Shown here piece after piece: positions 59,043 to 64,000 of a stretch of 64,000 bases of DNA. The stretch's first letter is position 1. Every line of letters starts with the position of its first letter. Origin of the DNA: a candidate division WOR-3 bacterium (GTDB lineage: Bacteria > Hydrothermota > Hydrothermia > LBFQ01 > DSFT01); the NCBI GenBank assembly GCA_025060695.1, contig JANXBH010000001.1, positions 90,730 to 154,729 on the forward strand, given 5' to 3'. The notes beneath the pieces were generated by a model. It was not told the origin of the DNA. It saw only the letters and a program-made list of their open reading frames with translations, and did not search any database. The translations under genes were made by a program, and so were the position numbers.

Positions 59043-60063
59043 CGAAGAAGATATAGTTTTAGGTCTTTCTAGATATTTAAAGAAAAATGGATATGATGTT
59101 GTACATGAAACAAGTCCTAAAAAAGCTTTAGAAATACTGTCAGCGGAACCAGTTGATATTTTAATAGCGGATGTCAAAATGGATGAGATGTCGGGTTTAG
59201 AATTAATAAATCAAGCAAGACAAAAAAATTCAGATATTAAAGTAATTATCATGACCGCAAGGGGTTCAGAAGAAGTAGAGAGAATAAGCTATGAAAGAGG
59301 GGCATTGGAATACCTTGAAAAACCATTTGATGTGAGCTATCTTTTAGAAGTTTTAAAGAAAATAGAGGTAGGTGGCTTTAAAGGTGTTGTAAAGGAGTTA
59401 GGCTTAGTAGATTTTTTGAACATACTAAATATGGAAAGAGCTATAGCTGTTGTAAATGTTACATCCGCTATAGGTAGTGGAAAGATTTATTTTGAAAATG
59501 GAGAAATAGTACACTCACAATTTCAAGACAAAGAAGGTATAAATGCATTAAAAGAAATATTAAATTTAAAAGGAGGTTCATTTAGTGTAGAAAGGAATGT
59601 TAAAACACCAAAGAAAACAATAAATATGCCATTTAGTAATCTCATGCTTGAAGTTTATGCAAGGACCGATGAGGAAAAAGTAGATATACCATTTGAAGAT
59701 TGGAGTATTATAACGGAAGAGGTTAAAGTTTTAAGTGATGAAGTATATACTAAACTTGACAAGGAGATTAACTCAATTTTTAGTTTTGATACAAATCTTA
59801 AGGGCATATCGATATACGATTTTCAAGGAAATACTTTATATTTAAAGGGTAATGACTATAAGTCGTTAGTATTGGAAATCACAAAAATAGAAGCATTTAG
59901 TGAGGGAGTATTGGAGTTATATAATAATCAGATTATATACATTAAAAGGGATAATGAACTATTTTTTGTCATTGAAATATCGAATACTTCCTTATCTCTT
60001 GTGAAGGTGAGATTTAACAAGATTATAGCAAACCTAAGTGAGATTATAAAAGGAGGAAAGTGA
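59017..60063 (+). CDS. Response regulator: REC + DUF4388 + C-terminal roadblock-like domain
   Basis: VDDE..D..MSG..T..KPF; GFKG..L.DFL..GKIYFENGEIVH..G..AL..G.F. Confidence 0.85.
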   Translation: MRRIMIVDDEEDIVLGLSRYLKKNGYDVVHETSPKKALEILSAEPVDILIADVKMDEMSGLELINQARQKNSDIKVIIMTARGSEEVERISYERGALEYLEKPFDVSYLLEVLKKIEVGGFKGVVKELGLVDFLNILNMERAIAVVNVTSAIGSGKIYFENGEIVHSQFQDKEGINALKEILNLKGGSFSVERNVKTPKKTINMPFSNLMLEVYARTDEEKVDIPFEDWSIITEEVKVLSDEVYTKLDKEINSIFSFDTNLKGISIYDFQGNTLYLKGNDYKSLVLEITKIEAFSEGVLELYNNQIIYIKRDNELFFVIEISNTSLSLVKVRFNKIIANLSEIIKGGK

Positions 60064-60064
60064 T

Positions 60065-60451
60065 ATGGATAAGATTCAAGAAATACTATATGAAATGTCA
60101 AAGGATATACCTGGTTATGTTGCAGGTGCTGTTGTTGAAAACGAAGAAGGACTAACCATTGTAGAAGAAAGAAACGTCCCAGATATAGATATACAAATAT
60201 CCGCAGCTTATAGTGTAGAGGCCTTAAAATTTCAAGAAAGAGTGGTTAGTGCACTAAATTCTAATGACAAAGCAAGAGCAATTATATCAATTAGTGGAAA
60301 TTACTTAATAATTACACAACCAATAGGAAGTAGTAATTTTTGCTTACACATAATAACAAATAGAGAAAAGAGTGCTCTTGGTATAATCTTGGCTTTACTT
60401 TCAAAATATGAGCAAATATTGAACAAAGCAGTTTCAGAATGGGTCTTATGA
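60065..60451 (+). CDS. Roadblock-like protein
   Basis: IPGYVAGAVV..EGL..LG pattern, 128 aa, AGGAGG SD. Confidence 0.65.
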   Translation: MDKIQEILYEMSKDIPGYVAGAVVENEEGLTIVEERNVPDIDIQISAAYSVEALKFQERVVSALNSNDKARAIISISGNYLIITQPIGSSNFCLHIITNREKSALGIILALLSKYEQILNKAVSEWVL

Positions 60452-61227
60452 AAGGGAGGGCATATGGTATAACTGACTTAGGGAAAAAACGTGTAAAAAA
60501 TGAAGATTTTTTTGCAGTTGATCCTTCTATTGGGCTATTTATAGTAGCAGATGGTCTTGGTGGAAGAATGTCAGGTGATAAAGCCAGTTATGAAGCAACA
60601 CAAACATTTATTGAAAAATTAAAAAGCTTAATAAATATCTATAATGAGCCTAAAATCATTTTAGAAAGTGCATTTAAAGAAGCAAGTAAAAAGGCTTATG
60701 AAATAAGCAATTCAGATGAATATTATGGAGCTATGACTACATTTACAGCTTTATTTCTATATAAATCAAAATACTATATAGTTCATGTAGGAGACACAAG
60801 AGCATATTTACTTAGATTAAATAGATTTTTTTATCAAATTACTGAGGATGACACACAAGCACAAATATTAGTAAGAAAAAAAGCACTATCACCGAAAGAA
60901 GCAGAACATCACCCGTCAAAACACGTTCTTACAAAAGCACTCGGTCATAAACCCCTAATAAGACCTAAACTTTATGTTGGACATGTAATGGATGGAGATA
61001 AGTTTCTTCTATGTTCGGATGGTCTATATATTTACTTTTCAAATGACGAGATGAGAGAAATTCTTATGAAATACAAACCAAAGGAGGCAATAGAAATACT
61101 CGTAAAACTTGCAAACGATAGAGGTGGTGAGGACAACGTAACAGGCATAGTTATTGAGTTAATTAAATCTGATAGTGGTATAGTAAGTCAATTTAAAGCA
61201 ATTTTAGAAACAATCCTAAGAAGATGA
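60439..61227 (+). CDS. PP2C-family Ser/Thr phosphatase
   Basis: RVKNED, VADGLGG, HVGDTRAY, CSDGL, GGEDN. Confidence 0.94.
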   Translation: MGLMKGRAYGITDLGKKRVKNEDFFAVDPSIGLFIVADGLGGRMSGDKASYEATQTFIEKLKSLINIYNEPKIILESAFKEASKKAYEISNSDEYYGAMTTFTALFLYKSKYYIVHVGDTRAYLLRLNRFFYQITEDDTQAQILVRKKALSPKEAEHHPSKHVLTKALGHKPLIRPKLYVGHVMDGDKFLLCSDGLYIYFSNDEMREILMKYKPKEAIEILVKLANDRGGEDNVTGIVIELIKSDSGIVSQFKAILETILRR

Positions 61228-62279
61228 TAGGTACAGTTATCGCAGATAAATATAAAATTACAAGAAAAATAGCTTCAGGTGGTATGGCAGAAGTTTATGA
61301 AGCAATACAACCTATAGTAAGAAGAAAAGTTGCAATAAAAATACTATATCCACAATATTCAAAAGATGAAAAAGCCAGAGAATTATTTTTTAGAGAAGCA
61401 AGAATCGTAGCACAAGAGCTTGAACATCCTAACATAGTAAAGGTGTACGATTTTGGTATAATTGACGACAACCTTTATCTTGTAATGTACTACGTAAGCG
61501 GAGAGACACTTGAAAGAATAATTAAAAGAGAAGGGAAATTGGATATTAAAGAAGCTTGCTATATAGTCTTAGAAGTTTTAAAAGCATTAGACTATGCACA
61601 CCAAAAAAATATAATACACAGGGATATTAAACCTGGGAATATTATGATAACTCCTGAAAAAAGAGTTTATTTATTAGACTTTGGTATTGCTGCACTTTTA
61701 ACAGAAGATAGAGAGAAAGGAAGAGTTCCTGGTACACCTGAGTATATGTCGCCCGAGCAATTTAGAGGGAAAATAGACAAAAGAAGCGACCTATATTCAC
61801 TCGGTGTAGTTCTATATGAAACTCTTACAGGACAATTACCATTTAAAGGAAATGATATTTGGGAATTACAAAGGAAAATATTTACAGAACCACCTATCCC
61901 TCCATCCCATCATAATCCAAACGTTCCAAAATCATTAGACGATATCGTTCTAAAAGCTTTAAATAAAATTCCATCTGAAAGATTTCAAACAGCATATGAA
62001 TTTGCAAATGCTATATTAGATACCAATATTATTGAAAATTACTATATAGAATTTAAAAAGACTGATGTGAAAAATGAAGTTATAAGAGGTGGTATAGTTC
62101 AAGAGGAAGAAACTGAAAAAGGGAAAAAAACTCAATTTGTCCCAATTTCAGATGATAGCGAAACCGAATTTGAATTTATAGAGGAAAAAACAAAATTCAA
62201 TAAAAACATAATAATTTTAGTAATTTTAGGGATTTTAGTCTTAGGAGGATTTCTATGGTTTTTATTATTTTCTCGATAG
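61224..62279 (+). CDS. Hanks-type Ser/Thr kinase with C-terminal TM and no extracellular domain
   Basis: GGMAEVY, VAIK, HRDIKPGN, DFG, GTPEYMSPE. Confidence 0.95.
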   Translation: MIGTVIADKYKITRKIASGGMAEVYEAIQPIVRRKVAIKILYPQYSKDEKARELFFREARIVAQELEHPNIVKVYDFGIIDDNLYLVMYYVSGETLERIIKREGKLDIKEACYIVLEVLKALDYAHQKNIIHRDIKPGNIMITPEKRVYLLDFGIAALLTEDREKGRVPGTPEYMSPEQFRGKIDKRSDLYSLGVVLYETLTGQLPFKGNDIWELQRKIFTEPPIPPSHHNPNVPKSLDDIVLKALNKIPSERFQTAYEFANAILDTNIIENYYIEFKKTDVKNEVIRGGIVQEEETEKGKKTQFVPISDDSETEFEFIEEKTKFNKNIIILVILGILVLGGFLWFLLFSR

Positions 62280-62593
62280 ATACGATAAATTTAGATAATA
62301 AAGTATTTGAAATAGCTAAAAAATTAAATTGTCAAGTTTGTGCAGGTGAAAATGTAGCATATTCACAAAGTGATTTAGCAGTAGACATGAGAAACAAAAT
62401 AAGAGAATTGCTAAGGGAAGGAAAGACAGAAAAAGAAATATTGGATTATTTTGTATCCGTATATGGTGAGCAGGTTTTAGCAGAACCACCTAAAAAAGGT
62501 TTCTTTAATTTTCTTTGGATTATTCCCAATGTAGTTATAATACTATCTATCTTAGGTATCTTGTTATACTTTGCAATAAAGAAGAAGAACTAA
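62255..62593 (+). CDS. ccmH: Cytochrome c biogenesis protein CcmH/CycL
   Basis: LNCQVC..S.S.LA.DMR..YFV..YG..VL..P. Confidence 0.85.
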   Translation: MVFIIFSIDTINLDNKVFEIAKKLNCQVCAGENVAYSQSDLAVDMRNKIRELLREGKTEKEILDYFVSVYGEQVLAEPPKKGFFNFLWIIPNVVIILSILGILLYFAIKKKN

Positions 62594-62594
62594 T

Positions 62595-63335
62595 ATGTTC
62601 ATCAAGTTTAAAAAAATGGATGCTTGTGGAAATAATTTTATAGCAATGACAGAAGATGAATTTGAAAAAATAGATGATCCATATCTTTTTACAACTGAAA
62701 TATGCAATAGTAAAAAATACATCGGGGCGGATGGGTTAATAGTAGCAATGAAAGATGAAAACTACGACTTTAGATTTAAATATATTAACTATTTAGGAAA
62801 GGACGTGCCATTTTGCGGTCATGCTATAAGATGCTTAACATTTCTTGCATACTACGAAGGATTTGTCAAGAAGAAAGAAATGCATATTTTAACAGAAATT
62901 GGAGTTAAGAAAACAATTATAAGGAATATTTCTGGCTGGAAGGCATTTATAGGTTTAGAGTTTGAGAATTTTGAAATTGGAGTAAAGCACTATGTAAAAA
63001 GTGTAGAAAATGTAGAAAGTTATAATATTAAGGAAACTGCTATGGAATTTTTTAAAAATTCAGAGAAGCATTTTAATGTATATAGTGAAATAGAAGAAGG
63101 TAAAATTATGATTAGGACTTGGGAATATGGAAGAGATAGGGAGGAACTTAGTTGTGCAACAGGTGGTCTTGCTTGTGCATTAGATTATAATAAAGCAAAA
63201 AAATTAAACTCAATAGAAGTTATCCCAAAATCTAAAATACCCATATATATTGAAATACTAAAAAACAAAGCCATTCTATGGTCAGATGTAAGAATAGTTC
63301 TTCAAGGGGAAATATATGAACCTATTAATTTTTGA
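62595..63335 (+). CDS. Diaminopimelate epimerase-like PLP-independent racemase (divergent)
   Basis: KM..CGNNF, GADG, FCGHAIRC, LSCATG. Confidence 0.7.
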   Translation: MFIKFKKMDACGNNFIAMTEDEFEKIDDPYLFTTEICNSKKYIGADGLIVAMKDENYDFRFKYINYLGKDVPFCGHAIRCLTFLAYYEGFVKKKEMHILTEIGVKKTIIRNISGWKAFIGLEFENFEIGVKHYVKSVENVESYNIKETAMEFFKNSEKHFNVYSEIEEGKIMIRTWEYGRDREELSCATGGLACALDYNKAKKLNSIEVIPKSKIPIYIEILKNKAILWSDVRIVLQGEIYEPINF

Positions 63336-63762
63336 TAGAGATGGGACCATAATAGAAAATTCACATTATCCAGGCTATCCATGGCAAATAAAATTAAAAA
63401 AGGGTATAAAGGAAAAACTCATGAAATATAGCAAAGAATATAAATTTTTTATAATTAGTAATCAATCGGGTATAAAAAGAGGATATTTTTCTCTAAACCA
63501 TCTAAATACCATTCAAAGATATATTGACCTAATGCTTTATCCTATAAAATTCGAAAGGGTATACTATTGCACACATCATCCAAATGAAAACTGCTCTTGT
63601 AGAAAACCAAAGAACTATTTTTTAAGGAAAATTTTATATTCATATAATTTTAATAAATGCTATGTGGTAGGAGATAGAGAAAGTGATGAATTACTTGCAA
63701 AAAGTCTAAATATTAGATTTATTCATATAAATGAATTTTTACTACTTCCAAACCTTCCTTGA
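63316..63762 (+). CDS. HAD-IIIA phosphatase (GmhB/histidinol phosphatase-like)
   Basis: FDRDGT, SNQSG, CTH..CSCRKP, VGDRESD. Confidence 0.88.
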   Translation: MNLLIFDRDGTIIENSHYPGYPWQIKLKKGIKEKLMKYSKEYKFFIISNQSGIKRGYFSLNHLNTIQRYIDLMLYPIKFERVYYCTHHPNENCSCRKPKNYFLRKILYSYNFNKCYVVGDRESDELLAKSLNIRFIHINEFLLLPNLP

Positions 63763-64000
63763 ATAAGCATATCCATATAGTGCGTAAATCAAAATACCAA
63801 TAACAAGCCAAATAATAAATCTCATCCAAGTTAAGGGTGGAAGTCCTGAAGTTACAAAAATTATCAGTCCAAGATTTATGGGTATAAGTATCCAAGGAAT
63901 GGGAACTCTATAAGTCCCACCTGGTTCCTTTTTAATTCTTAAATATAAAACCGCTAAACCCACTACAAAGTAAGCAAACAGTGTCCCTATGTTTACAAGC
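63742..64000 (-). CDS. APC amino acid permease, C-terminal part (truncated by window edge)
   Basis: GTLFAY..LR..YRVP..TWMRF.IWL.IG..IY..YG. Confidence 0.8.
   Translation of the reverse strand, partial: LVNIGTLFAYFVVGLAVLYLRIKKEPGGTYRVPIPWILIPINLGLIIFVTSGLPPLTWMRFIIWLVIGILIYALYGYAYSRKVWK

Noticed and set aside
295-59177. About 40 short ORFs in the track that are antisense to or nested in larger genes (e.g. 295-573, 18103-18456, 20884-21270, 25247-25582, 56715-57191)
   Set aside because: They are shadows of well-supported genes, with no motifs and no evident expression signals

Overview
Very AT-rich, extremely compact bacterial chromosome segment with about 65 CDS and 6 tRNAs (none with an encoded CCA). 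I saw no mobile elements or CRISPR. The organism is Gram-negative (lpxK, TonB-dependent receptor, TolC, MlaD). A C25/gingipain protease with a T9SS-like C-terminal domain and the polyamine genes suggest a thermophilic FCB-group lineage such as WOR-3 (inference). Housekeeping loci: asnS, tsaB-rimI, coaX, acpS, rimP-nusA-infB, pyrF, nadA, lipA, ribA, recN. Accessory loci: a copper/metal island (10.9-19.5 kb), a speE-pdaD-speE polyamine cluster, and an MglA/MglB signalling operon (FIST, His kinase, REC-DUF4388, roadblock, PP2C, Ser/Thr kinase). The most striking signals are not in the ORF track. (1) About 31 copies of a CTT-TAAAAT-TT -10 box sit 5-13 nt before nearly every transcription-unit start, implying near-universal leaderless mRNAs and ATA/CTG/ATT start codons. 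(2) Three protein genes begin 2-3 nt after a tRNA 3' end, resembling tRNA punctuation. (3) A His/Cys-rich uORF ends in RSPP, and its Pro-Pro codons are complementary to the SD of the downstream TonB receptor. (4) A T8 frameshift joins a Met-rich lipoprotein domain to CusB. (5) Secreted proteins have ultra-short, uncharged signal peptides.
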